Assembly: GCA_963700145.1 (NCBI GenBank)
Contig: OY969474.1
Coordinates: 1,312,001-1,376,000 of the forward strand
Reading direction: 5' to 3'
Length of the DNA stretch: 64,000 bases
Origin: an uncultured Acidobacteriota bacterium
GTDB lineage: Bacteria; Acidobacteriota; Thermoanaerobaculia; Multivoradales; UBA5704
Shown: positions 19,219 through 27,999 of the stretch, in pieces
Position numbering within the stretch: the stretch's first letter is position 1
Layout: the number at the start of each line of letters is the position of its first letter
Translations under genes and position numbers: made by a program
The notes under the pieces: model-generated
Databases searched by the model: none
Seen by the model: only the letters and a program-made list of their open reading frames with translations
What the model was told of the DNA's origin: nothing

Positions 19219-20426
19219 GGCGGGCGCTCCTCGCCGCGCCGGTCGCGGTCCTCCTCGCCGCCCTGCCCATCGCCGGCGGCGCCGCGCCGGAGCCCTTCTC
19301 GGTCGCCATCGTGCGACCTTCGCCGGGCGTCGCGGTCTTCGGCGACTTCGAGGTCGAGGTGGCGGTGCGGCCGGCCGGCGCCGCGGTCCGCGCGCTGGAG
19401 ATCTACCTCGACGGCGTCCGCGCCGCCCTCCTCGAAGCTCCGCCGTGGCGCGCAGTCCTCCAGACCGGGCAGCAGAACGAGGAGCACCGGATCGAGGTCG
19501 TGGCGCGCGACGCCGCCGGCCACACCGCGACCGTCGGCCTCACCACCGCGAAGATCCGCACCGACATGGAGGTCCTCGTCGAGCTGCGCCAGCTCTACGT
19601 GCGCGTCGAGCGCGACGGGCTGCCGGTCCTCGACCTCGACCGCAGCGACTTCACGGTGCTCGACGGCGGCGCCGTCCAGCCGCTCGTCGCCTTCGCGCGC
19701 GGCGACGCGCCGTTCAGCGCCGCGCTGCTGGTCGACGCCAGCACGAGCATGCGGGGCGACCGGCTGGCCACCGCGCTGCAAGGGGCGCGCACGTTCGCCG
19801 CCGGCATGCAGCGGCTGGACGAGGCGAAGCTGCTCCTCTTCTCCGACCGCCTGCTCCTCGAGACCCCCTTCACCAACCTCGCGCCGATCCTGGCGCTGCC
19901 GCTCGAGCGCACGACCGCCGGCGGCGGCTCCGCCGTCTACGACACTCTCTACCTCGCGCTCAAGCGGCTGGAGGCGCGGCCGGGACGGCGCGTCGTCGTC
20001 CTTCTCTCCGACGGCGTGGACGTCGAGAGCGCGCTGCCGATCGAGCGCGTGCAGTGGGCCGCGCGCCGCAGCCAGGCGGTCCTCTACTGGCTGCGCCTGC
20101 ATCGCCCGGAGGACGACCTCGCGCCCGACCAGGTGCACCGCCTCTCGGCCTGGCGCGACGCTGCGGGCCACCGGCTGGGGCCGGAGCTGCTGGAGCAGAC
20201 GGTGGTCGAGAGCGGCGGGCGGGTGGAGGTCCTGGCGCAAATCCAGGAGGTCGGCCCGGCGCTCGAGCGCCTCCTCGCCGAGCTGCGCGACCAGTACCTG
20301 CTCGGCTACCAGCCGGCCGGCGGCCGCGCCCGCCCCGACGGCTGGCGCGACGTGCGCGTCGTGGTGCGCGACCCGGCGAAGACCGGGCTCGCCGTGCGCG
20401 CGCCGCGCGGCTATCTCGAGCCCTGA
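19215..20426 (+). CDS. Ig-like + VWA domain protein
   Basis: GTG overlapping upstream stop; MIDAS LVDASTSM; LLSDGVD; SGG; QYLLGY. Confidence 0.85.
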   Translation: MRRALLAAPVAVLLAALPIAGGAAPEPFSVAIVRPSPGVAVFGDFEVEVAVRPAGAAVRALEIYLDGVRAALLEAPPWRAVLQTGQQNEEHRIEVVARDAAGHTATVGLTTAKIRTDMEVLVELRQLYVRVERDGLPVLDLDRSDFTVLDGGAVQPLVAFARGDAPFSAALLVDASTSMRGDRLATALQGARTFAAGMQRLDEAKLLLFSDRLLLETPFTNLAPILALPLERTTAGGGSAVYDTLYLALKRLEARPGRRVVVLLSDGVDVESALPIERVQWAARRSQAVLYWLRLHRPEDDLAPDQVHRLSAWRDAAGHRLGPELLEQTVVESGGRVEVLAQIQEVGPALERLLAELRDQYLLGYQPAGGRARPDGWRDVRVVVRDPAKTGLAVRAPRGYLEP

Positions 20427-20444
20427 CGCGCCTGGTCTCCGACC

Positions 20445-20460
20445 TGGTATGCGCCTTGCT
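20445..20460 (+). promoter_or_regulatory. Putative sigma54 (-24/-12) promoter
   Basis: TGGTATGCGCCTTGCT fits GG-N10-GC spacing, 46 bp before ATG 20507 with AGGAGG RBS. Confidence 0.55.
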
Positions 20461-20506
20461 CTATAGGGGGCGCGGAGCGATGGAGTTCCCCTAGGAGGAG
20501 ACAACG

Positions 20507-21031
20507 ATGAGACCGAAGATTCTGTGGTGCCTCACCCTGGCCGCGCTGCTGCCACTGGCATTCGCTTGCAAGGGGCACGACCGGGCCGACCTCGACGAGC
20601 CGGAGGACGTCGCCGCGGCGGCCACGACCGACGAGATTGGAGGGACCGGCGAAGCGGGCGACCTCAACCCTCTCGAAGCGCAGATGGCGATCGACGACGT
20701 GACGCTGGGCAGCAAGGCCGGCGCCGACGGCACGATCGCCGAGGCCGATCAGGAAGACGACTTCACCCCGGGCGAGCCGATCGTCGTCGCCATGGAAGTC
20801 GGGGACGTGCAGCCGGGCTCGGCCGTCAAGGTGCTCTGGTTCGGCCCCAACGAGACCAAGATCGGCGAGGAGAGCAAGACCGTCGTGAGCGGCCAGAGCT
20901 ACCTCAACTTCAACGCCGCCGACACCGGCGACTGGGCCAAGGGCGACTACCGGGTCGAGGTCTGGATCGGCGACGAGAAGGTCAACCAGCAGCAGTTCCA
21001 GATCGTCGACGAGGACGACGCGGCGACCTAG
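20507..21031 (+). CDS. Acidic lipoprotein, hypothetical
   Basis: Lipobox-like LAFAC; Ig-like C-terminus GDYRVEVWIG; strong RBS. Confidence 0.75.
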   Translation: MRPKILWCLTLAALLPLAFACKGHDRADLDEPEDVAAAATTDEIGGTGEAGDLNPLEAQMAIDDVTLGSKAGADGTIAEADQEDDFTPGEPIVVAMEVGDVQPGSAVKVLWFGPNETKIGEESKTVVSGQSYLNFNAADTGDWAKGDYRVEVWIGDEKVNQQQFQIVDEDDAAT

Positions 21032-21080
21032 GTCTCCGCACCGCGGCTCCGTGCGAGCCGTGTTCGAGCTTCTCCCCGAG

Positions 21081-21122
21081 CGGCGGCAGCGAGGGCTTTC
21101 CTCCTGCCGCCGTCTTTTTCTT
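21081..21122 (+). terminator. Rho-independent terminator
   Basis: CGGCGGCAG..GAGG/CCTC..CTGCCGCCG hairpin followed by TCTTTTTCTT, between convergent genes. Confidence 0.75.
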
Positions 21123-21127
21123 GCCGC

Positions 21128-23077
21128 TCAGAACGCCGGGGCCTGGCTCCCGCCGCACTGCCTGGCGTCGGGCTGATCGTAGGTCCGGACCGCCTTCGTG
21201 CGCGTGTCGGTGATGGTCAGCGTGTACGGCCGCGCCACCAGCGGCGCATACGTGACATTGAACTTCTTGCCGGCGGGCTGGATGTCGACGATCAGCTCCG
21301 GGTCGCCGCCGTCGCCGAAGTCGAGCGCGCCGCTGTTGCGCGGCACCAGCGGCACCGCTCCCGCCGCGTGCTCGCCCTGCGTGTCGCGCCAGACGGCGCG
21401 CACGGCGAAGCGGTTGTGCAGGCAGACGGTCGTCGCATCGGGCTTGCAGCCGCCGGCGGGCTTCTTGGCCTCGGCGGCGGTGCGGCTGGCCGAGGCGAAC
21501 GCGCGCTCGCTGCCGCCGCACCCGGACTCGCCGAACCAGGTGTAGTACTCGTGACTGCCGGTCTGCAGGTCGCGCAGGTAGATCTCGTAATAGGCGCCAG
21601 AGAGCGGCGCGTGGCTGACGGTGACGTTGCGACCGTCGTCGACGAAGCGCAGGGCCAGGTCGACGCTGTTGAGGTCGCCGAAGCTGAAGAGCCCGAGGGA
21701 GCCCGGCCCCTTCAACGCCTTGCCGCGGCCGAGCTTGACGGCGTACGGGTCGTACCACTCGACGTCGGCCTGGTAGCGCCCGCCCAGGCAGAGCGTGTTC
21801 GGTCCCGGCACGCAGCCGCCCACCGGCGGCCCGGTGAAGCGGCCGCGGACGGCCCGGATCACCGCGCTGTTGTCGCGCTTGCCGGCGATCCCCGTCGGGG
21901 TGCCGTTGAAGCGGATCGCCGGGTTCGAAAAGTGGGGGATGGTGCCGCAGCCCTGCGTGCAGTCGTCCGGGTAGGACATGATCGTGCGGAAACGCCCGTC
22001 GACGAAGTGCCCGTAGGCGTGCGGAAAGAGCGCGACCGACAGCGGCGAGCCGTAGCCCGGGTCGTGCTCGCAGCCCAGGGTGTGTCCCAGCTCGTGGATC
22101 AGCGTGAAGCCCGAGGCGCAGGACGCCGAGACGATGGAGCTGCCCTGCGGCGCGCGGCTGGCGTCCAGGAAGACGTCCTTGCGCATCAGGTCGGCGATGC
22201 CGCAGATCGTCTGCCCGCCCGTCCGCGGCTGACTGGTGACGAGGACCACCTGGTTGGCCCCCCACTGGCGCCGCAGATCGGCGACCGCCGGGCTGAGCGC
22301 CACCCATTGGAGGTCGTCGTAGACCTCGGCCTGCTCGATGTGATCGGTCCGCAGGATCTGCACCAGCTCGATCGTCACCGGGACCTGGCTGTTGGCGAAG
22401 GCGCTGTTGCCGAGATCGACGGCGTGCCGCACCTGGTTGACGAGGTTATCGAAGCTGCGCAGCGTGACGGTGGCTCCCGAGGTCGCCAGCACGAGCAGCC
22501 GCAGCGTCGTCGTGGGCGGCACCTTCGGCGGCTTGGGCTTGGCGGCGGCGGTGACGGAGTGCAAGCCGCCCTCCGGCTCCGGGCCGTCCGCGAGCAGGTT
22601 CGGCATGTCCGAGCGCTCGCGCACGCCGCAGGGCGGGAGCTGGGAATCGTCGATCAGCGCCAGCCGGTGGCCGCCGCCCTCGGCCGGCAGGATCTGGTAG
22701 GTCGCTTCCGCCGTCCTGATCGTGCCCAGGACCGCGTTCTCCCCCACGGTCAGCGTGGCGCTGCCGATCTCCCGCCCGCTCTCGCGGTCCACCAGCCGGC
22801 CCCGCCAGGCGAAGCTCCCGGCCGGCCGCAGGTCGATGCCGCTGCGCACCAGCTCGTAGGTGCGGCCGTCCAGGAGAGGCAGCAGGACCCGCTGGTCCGC
22901 CAGCGCCCGGCGGTCGATCTCGACCTCCTGCTCGGCGACGACGTCGAGCTGCTCGCTGGGCGGCCCGGCGAGGCGCTCGGCGAAGCGGAGGAAGGCGCGA
23001 GGCTCCTCGGCCGCGGCGGCCGGGACGGCCGACGCCAGGAGGAGGAGCGCGAGGTGAGCGGCGGAACGGCGGACCAT
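21128..23077 (-). CDS. Secreted reprolysin-like (M12) zinc metallopeptidase with two C-terminal CLxxR(F/Y) repeats
   Basis: HELGHTLGCEHD zinc motif, TIMSY Met-turn, PPCG Cys switch; AAGGAGG RBS. Confidence 0.88.
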   Translation of the reverse strand: MVRRSAAHLALLLLASAVPAAAAEEPRAFLRFAERLAGPPSEQLDVVAEQEVEIDRRALADQRVLLPLLDGRTYELVRSGIDLRPAGSFAWRGRLVDRESGREIGSATLTVGENAVLGTIRTAEATYQILPAEGGGHRLALIDDSQLPPCGVRERSDMPNLLADGPEPEGGLHSVTAAAKPKPPKVPPTTTLRLLVLATSGATVTLRSFDNLVNQVRHAVDLGNSAFANSQVPVTIELVQILRTDHIEQAEVYDDLQWVALSPAVADLRRQWGANQVVLVTSQPRTGGQTICGIADLMRKDVFLDASRAPQGSSIVSASCASGFTLIHELGHTLGCEHDPGYGSPLSVALFPHAYGHFVDGRFRTIMSYPDDCTQGCGTIPHFSNPAIRFNGTPTGIAGKRDNSAVIRAVRGRFTGPPVGGCVPGPNTLCLGGRYQADVEWYDPYAVKLGRGKALKGPGSLGLFSFGDLNSVDLALRFVDDGRNVTVSHAPLSGAYYEIYLRDLQTGSHEYYTWFGESGCGGSERAFASASRTAAEAKKPAGGCKPDATTVCLHNRFAVRAVWRDTQGEHAAGAVPLVPRNSGALDFGDGGDPELIVDIQPAGKKFNVTYAPLVARPYTLTITDTRTKAVRTYDQPDARQCGGSQAPAF

Positions 23078-23122
23078 GAAGCCTCCTTGCGGCGGGAGAA
23101 CCACGGAGAGTTTGGTTACATT

Positions 23123-23599
23123 CTACTCCGGCAGGCGAGTGTTCTGCCAGGCGGCGAGGCGCCAGGCGCCCCCCTCGCGGACGTACACCGCGAGGTAGCG
23201 GGCGGCGAAGGCCACGTCCCGTCCGCCGGCGGTGGCCTGGACGTCGGCGCGCCCGGTGACGACGGCCGTGTCGCCGTAGACCCGTACCACCGCGTCCGGA
23301 GCGTCGATCGCCCTGTAGCGCAGCCGGCCCGAGGAGAGCGACTCCAGGAACTGCGCTTTCGTCTCGACCTGGCCGGTGGCGTGGGTATAGACGAGGTCGT
23401 CGGTGAGAAGCGGCGCGAGCGCCGCCGTGTCCCCCTGGACCATGATCTCGAGGCGGCGGGCCTGCGCCTCCCGCACCTGCTTTTCGGCCTCGGCCGAGGG
23501 GGTCTCGGTGTGCGGCGCGGCGAGCCCGGCAACCGGCGCGAAGAGAGCGACGAGGGCGGCGGCCGCGAGGGTGCGGTGCAGGTGCCGGGTCGAACGCAT
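23123..23599 (-). CDS. NTF2-like (DUF4440) exported protein
   Basis: GDTAALAPLLTDDLVYTH, VRVYGDTAVVTG and WRLAAWQ motifs. Confidence 0.85.
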   Translation of the reverse strand: MRSTRHLHRTLAAAALVALFAPVAGLAAPHTETPSAEAEKQVREAQARRLEIMVQGDTAALAPLLTDDLVYTHATGQVETKAQFLESLSSGRLRYRAIDAPDAVVRVYGDTAVVTGRADVQATAGGRDVAFAARYLAVYVREGGAWRLAAWQNTRLPE

Positions 23600-23622
23600 G
23601 CAGGTCCTTTCTGGCGGGGCGC

Positions 23623-25467
23623 TCAGCCCCGGATGCCGTGGCGCGCCATCTTGATCGTCAGCCCGTTGCGCGAGAGGCCGAGCAGGCGCGCCGCCTGCGA
23701 CTTGTTGCCGTGGGTGCGGCGCAAGGCCTCGCGGATCGCCGCCTGCTCGCAGGCCGCCACCAGGCCGTCCAGCGCGAGGTCCGAGCTGGCCTCGATCCGC
23801 GGCACCGTCTGGGTGGCGCTGCGCCGCACCTTCTCGGGAAGCAGGTTGACGTCGATCGGCCGGCCGGCCGGGCAGAGGTAGACGAGCTGGCGTGCGATGT
23901 TGCCGAGCTCCTCGAGGTTGCCCGGGTAGTCGTAGGCGAGGAGCGCCGACTTCGCCTTCATCGTGATCCCCTGCATCCGCTTGCCGGTCTCGTGGCAGAA
24001 CCGGTTGATGTAGGACTGCAGGAGCAGCGGCAGGTCCTCCTTGCGCTCCCGCAACGGCGGCACCTCGATCGTGCAGCGGGCGAGACGGTAGGCGAGGTCG
24101 ACCCGGAACTCGTCGCGCCCGGCCTTCTCCTCCAGCGAGTCGCGGCTGGCGGCGATGACCCGCACGTCGACCGTCTGCGCCAGGCTGCTGCCGGTGGCCT
24201 CGACCTCGCCGCTGCGCAGGAAGCGGACGAGGCGCGCCTGGGTCTCCGGCGGCAGCTGCTCGACGTCCTCGAGGTAGAGGGTGCCGCCGTGGGCCAGCGC
24301 CAGCTTCCCTTCGCGCCGCACCGGCCCGTCGCGCCCGGCTACCTCGGCGCCGAAGAGCTCGGCCTCGATCTGGTTCGGGCGGGCGCCGGCGCAGGTCGCC
24401 ACCACGAACGGGCCGTTGCGCCGCGGGCCGGACTGGTGGAGCGAGCGGGCGAGGATCTCCTTGCCGACCCCCGGCTCGCCGCGCAGCAGCACCGGCACCG
24501 CCGGGTCCACCGCCGAGCGCAGCTCCTCGATCACCTGCTGCATGCGCGGCGAGACGCCCATCGGCAGGCTCGGGTCGAGCACCAGGTCCTGCTGCCGCTG
24601 CCGGCCGGGGAGGATCGGCTCGTACCAGCCGACGTGGTGGATGAGGCCGAGGAGGACGAGGTTGCCGAGGGTGCGGAGGCCGGCGGCGGGCGACCAGCCG
24701 TCCGGTCGGTAGCGCGGGAAGGCGGTCAAGAGCTGGTAGTCGCGCTCCATCGCGGTGAAGGCGTGGCAGCAGCACCAGGCGGGCTCGCCGGCGAGGGTGC
24801 CGTCGAAGCTCACGCCGTCCTCTTGCACGGCGCCCTCGGTGTCGGCCGCGTCGGTCGGCCCGGTGAGGCGCGAGCGGAGCTGGTCCATCAGCTCCTCGCC
24901 GCTGGCCAGCCAGCGCTGCCGGGTGGCGACGGCGAGCTTGACGCCGGCCTGGTCCCCCTCGCCCAGCAGCAGCCAGAAGGCCCCGCCGGCGAAGTCGCCG
25001 AGGAGGTTGCGCACCAGGACCTCCGAAGGGGTGCGGCTCTCGGGGTCGGCGAGCACCCACTCGCTGAAGAGCGCCAGGTGGGCGACGATGCGCTCGGGGG
25101 TAATACGCGGGGTGTCCGGGACGTCCAGGACGATCGCGGGCGCCACCGCTTCGCCGGGGCGGGCGGGGCCGGGCGGGTCGGTGCGGACGTCCTCGACGAG
25201 GAGGGTGACGCCGCCGACGCGGATCTCGTCGAGGACTTCGAGGGCGGTTTCGCGCACTTTGCGGCCGGAGACGACCAGCCCGCGGCGGCTCCCCAGGTCT
25301 TCGATCCGCAAGGCGCTGCCGTCGAAGCGCAGCCGGGCGTGCTGCTGGGCCACGCCGACGTAGGGGAGGACGATGTCGCAGTCGGCCTTGCTGCCGATCA
25401 GCATCTCCTCCTGCGCCACCGGAAAGCGCTGCACCCCGTCCGGCGCATAAGCGACCAAGCGAAACAT
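23623..25467 (-). CDS. FHA-domain sigma54-activator-like AAA+ / Fis-HTH regulator (atypical)
   Basis: FHA (IGS, QHA, DLGSRRG); Walker A GEPGVGKE; FRVDLAYRL; YPGNLEEL; GNKSQAARLLGLSR HTH. Confidence 0.88.
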   Translation of the reverse strand: MFRLVAYAPDGVQRFPVAQEEMLIGSKADCDIVLPYVGVAQQHARLRFDGSALRIEDLGSRRGLVVSGRKVRETALEVLDEIRVGGVTLLVEDVRTDPPGPARPGEAVAPAIVLDVPDTPRITPERIVAHLALFSEWVLADPESRTPSEVLVRNLLGDFAGGAFWLLLGEGDQAGVKLAVATRQRWLASGEELMDQLRSRLTGPTDAADTEGAVQEDGVSFDGTLAGEPAWCCCHAFTAMERDYQLLTAFPRYRPDGWSPAAGLRTLGNLVLLGLIHHVGWYEPILPGRQRQQDLVLDPSLPMGVSPRMQQVIEELRSAVDPAVPVLLRGEPGVGKEILARSLHQSGPRRNGPFVVATCAGARPNQIEAELFGAEVAGRDGPVRREGKLALAHGGTLYLEDVEQLPPETQARLVRFLRSGEVEATGSSLAQTVDVRVIAASRDSLEEKAGRDEFRVDLAYRLARCTIEVPPLRERKEDLPLLLQSYINRFCHETGKRMQGITMKAKSALLAYDYPGNLEELGNIARQLVYLCPAGRPIDVNLLPEKVRRSATQTVPRIEASSDLALDGLVAACEQAAIREALRRTHGNKSQAARLLGLSRNGLTIKMARHGIRG

Positions 25468-25644
25468 GGCGCTCAAAGGATACTCCAGGGGTCTTGGCGG
25501 GATGGGTTAACTCCCTCCCAACCCTCCCTGCGGCGGCCGTTCCGGTGTGGGGGCCCGCAGGCTCTCCTCCGCGCCCGGCGCTCCAGAGACCTGCGGGCCC
25601 TAGAACCGGCGGTGGAGCCCCTGCCGATGTCTGGCCGAGCCCTT

Positions 25645-25730
25645 CCTTGTCATCCTGAGCGTAGCGAAGGATCTGGGGGCAGGGTGCCGCCCCCCGCCCA
25701 GATCCTTCGCTCTCGCTCAGGATGACAAGG
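25645..25730. repeat. TGTCATCC-type palindromic repeat element, copy 1
   Basis: ccttgtcatcctgagcgtagcgaaggatctggg / cccagatccttcgctctcgctcaggatgacaagg inverted arms. Confidence 0.85.
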
Positions 25731-25784
25731 AGGCGTCGTTGCTTGTGGGCGGGGGGACGTCACTTCAGAGTGTCGAGTCATGGC

Positions 25785-25956
25785 GCCGCGTGATGTGCCG
25801 GGCCAGAGGCCCGCGAAAGCGTCGCGCTCCGGTGAAGTCACCACCAACGTCCGCGAACGGAGCCGACTTGGCTCTGTGGCCACCACCCCTTCTGATCTGG
25901 AACCGCGAAGCGGCGCGACTCTTTCGCGGGCCGGGTGGCCCGGCATCTCACGCGGC
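25785..25956. repeat. MITE/REPIN-like element with ~43-bp imperfect terminal inverted repeats
   Basis: Left GCCGCGTGATGTGCCGGGCCAGAGGCCCGCGAAAGCGTCGCGC vs reverse complement of right GCCGCGTGAGATGCCGGGCCACCCGGCCCGCGAAAGAGTCGCGC. Confidence 0.75.
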
Positions 25957-26009
25957 ACTATCCGCCCCGCGCGGCGCCTCGGAACCTCTTGGTAATCTGC
26001 GCCGCCAAA

Positions 26010-26879
26010 GTGCTGCACTCCGACACCGCCTCCCTCCGCCGCGTCGCGCTGGTCCACGCGCGCGACGCCCTGCGCGGCCCCCAGGCGATCGCCGCCGAGT
26101 GGCAAGCGCTCGACTGGCTGGCGCCGCCCGACTTCGACCGCGCGCTCGCCGAGTACGACGCCTTCGTCGCGGCGCTGGAAGGGTTCGGAGTGGCGGTGGA
26201 ATTCCTGCCGCCGGGCGGGGACGCCACTCTCGACGCCCTCTATCCGCGCGACGCCAGCCTCGTCTTCGACCGCGGCGTCGTGACCTGCAGCATGGGGAAA
26301 ACCGCCCGGCGCGGCGAGCCGGCCGCGGCGGGGCGCGCCCTCGCCGCGCTCGGCCTGCCGGTGCTCGGCGGAATCGAGGGGAACGGACGCCTCGAAGGCG
26401 GCGACACCGCTTGGCTCGACGAGCGGACCCTCGCCGTCGGGCTCGGCCGGCGCACCAACCGCGAGGGCGTCGAGCAGCTCCGCGCCCTCCTCGCCGCGGC
26501 GGGCGACCCGCCGGAGGTCCTGGCCATCCCCCTCCCCGACTGGCGCGGCCCCAACGACGTCTTCCACCTGATGTCGGTCCTGAGCCCGATCGACCGCGAC
26601 CTCGCCCTCGTCTACCCGCCTCTCCTCCCAGCCCCGCTGCGCGCAGCCCTCGCCGAGCGCGGCATCCAGCTCGTGGAAGTCCCCGACGAGGAGCTCGACA
26701 CCCTCGGCTGCAACGTCCTGGCCGTCGGCCCCCGGCACTGCCTGATGCTCCAAGGCAACCCCGAAACCCGCCGCCGCCTCGAACGCGCCGGCGCCGTGGT
26801 CACCGTCTTCGCCGGCGAGGAGATCTGCGTCAAGGGCGGCGGCGGGCCCACCTGCCTCACCCGGCCGCTCGTCCGCTAG
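26010..26879 (+). CDS. Amidinotransferase/DDAH/arginine deiminase family protein
   Basis: YPRD, LEGGD, RTN, FHL and GGGPTCLTRP catalytic motifs. Confidence 0.88.
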   Translation: MLHSDTASLRRVALVHARDALRGPQAIAAEWQALDWLAPPDFDRALAEYDAFVAALEGFGVAVEFLPPGGDATLDALYPRDASLVFDRGVVTCSMGKTARRGEPAAAGRALAALGLPVLGGIEGNGRLEGGDTAWLDERTLAVGLGRRTNREGVEQLRALLAAAGDPPEVLAIPLPDWRGPNDVFHLMSVLSPIDRDLALVYPPLLPAPLRAALAERGIQLVEVPDEELDTLGCNVLAVGPRHCLMLQGNPETRRRLERAGAVVTVFAGEEICVKGGGGPTCLTRPLVR

Positions 26880-27922
26880 GGCGTCAGCACCACCTTGGTG
26901 CACCCTTCCACGCGGCGGTCGAAGAGGTCGTAGGCGCGCGGGCCTTCGGCCAGCGGCAGGCGGTGGGAGATGAGGCACGCGAGGTCGTGCCGGCGCGACT
27001 GGACGAGGGCGAGCAGCGTCTCCATGTAGCGGCGGACCGGGGCGCGGCCGGCGCGGTAGGTGAGATTCTTGTCGTAGGCCTCGCCGGGGGCGATGGCGAG
27101 GTGGCGCTCGGTGTGGACGCCGACCGCGGCGATCGTGCCGCCGGGGCGGACAAGGTCGAAGGCCAGGCGTGTGGCCTCGGCGCTGCCGACGGCCTCGACG
27201 GCGGCGTCGGCCCCGCGGCCCTCGGTCGCCTCCCGCACGCGCTCCGCGGCGTCCCCCTCGACGACGTTCACGGCCTCGCCGCCGAAGCGCGCGGCGAGCG
27301 CCAGCCGCTCCGGCACCGAGTCCAGCGCGAAGACGCACTCGGCGCCCAGCTCGCGCGCCGCTAGGACGGCCATGAGCCCCACCGGGCCGCAGCCCACGAC
27401 GGCCAGCGTCGCGCCGCCGGCCGCGCCAGCGCTCTCGGCCGCGAACCAGCCGGTCGAGAGGACGTCGCCGGCGAGGAGCGCCTCCTCGAGCGGCGCGCCG
27501 TCCGGGACGCGCACCAGCGTCGAGTCGGCGAGCGGCACCCGCACCAGCTCGGCCTGGGCGCCGTGCAGCCCGCGTCCGTCCTGCACCCAGCCGAAGAGCT
27601 GCCCCCGCGCGCAGCGCGAGGTCAGCCCCGAGCGGCAATAGAAGCAGGCGCCGCAGCTCGTGGTGAAGGGGCTGACGACGAGGTCCCCGGCACGGAAGCG
27701 CTCGACGCCCCGGCCCGTGGCGACGACCTCGCCGGCGAGCTCGTGTCCCATGACGGTGCCGGCGTCGAGGCCGGTCTCGACGCCGCGGTAGACGTGGAGG
27801 TCCGAGCCGCAGACGCCGGCGGCGCGGACGCGCACGATCGCGTCCCCCGGCTCGAGGAGCGCGGGGTCGGGGACGGTCGCCGGCTCGAGCCGGCGCACAC
27901 CGGCGAAGACGAGGGCTTTCAC
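26876..27922 (-). CDS. Zinc-dependent alcohol dehydrogenase (MDR family)
   Basis: CGSDLH, GHE, CGACFYC..C and GCGPVG motifs. Confidence 0.92.
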   Translation of the reverse strand: MKALVFAGVRRLEPATVPDPALLEPGDAIVRVRAAGVCGSDLHVYRGVETGLDAGTVMGHELAGEVVATGRGVERFRAGDLVVSPFTTSCGACFYCRSGLTSRCARGQLFGWVQDGRGLHGAQAELVRVPLADSTLVRVPDGAPLEEALLAGDVLSTGWFAAESAGAAGGATLAVVGCGPVGLMAVLAARELGAECVFALDSVPERLALAARFGGEAVNVVEGDAAERVREATEGRGADAAVEAVGSAEATRLAFDLVRPGGTIAAVGVHTERHLAIAPGEAYDKNLTYRAGRAPVRRYMETLLALVQSRRHDLACLISHRLPLAEGPRAYDLFDRRVEGCTKVVLTP

Positions 27923-27999
27923 GCATCCTCCCGCGAAGCGGCTTGACGGTGTAACCTAATTCAGCCGCGCCGATTTTCGCAGCAAGACAAGGAGCTCCG

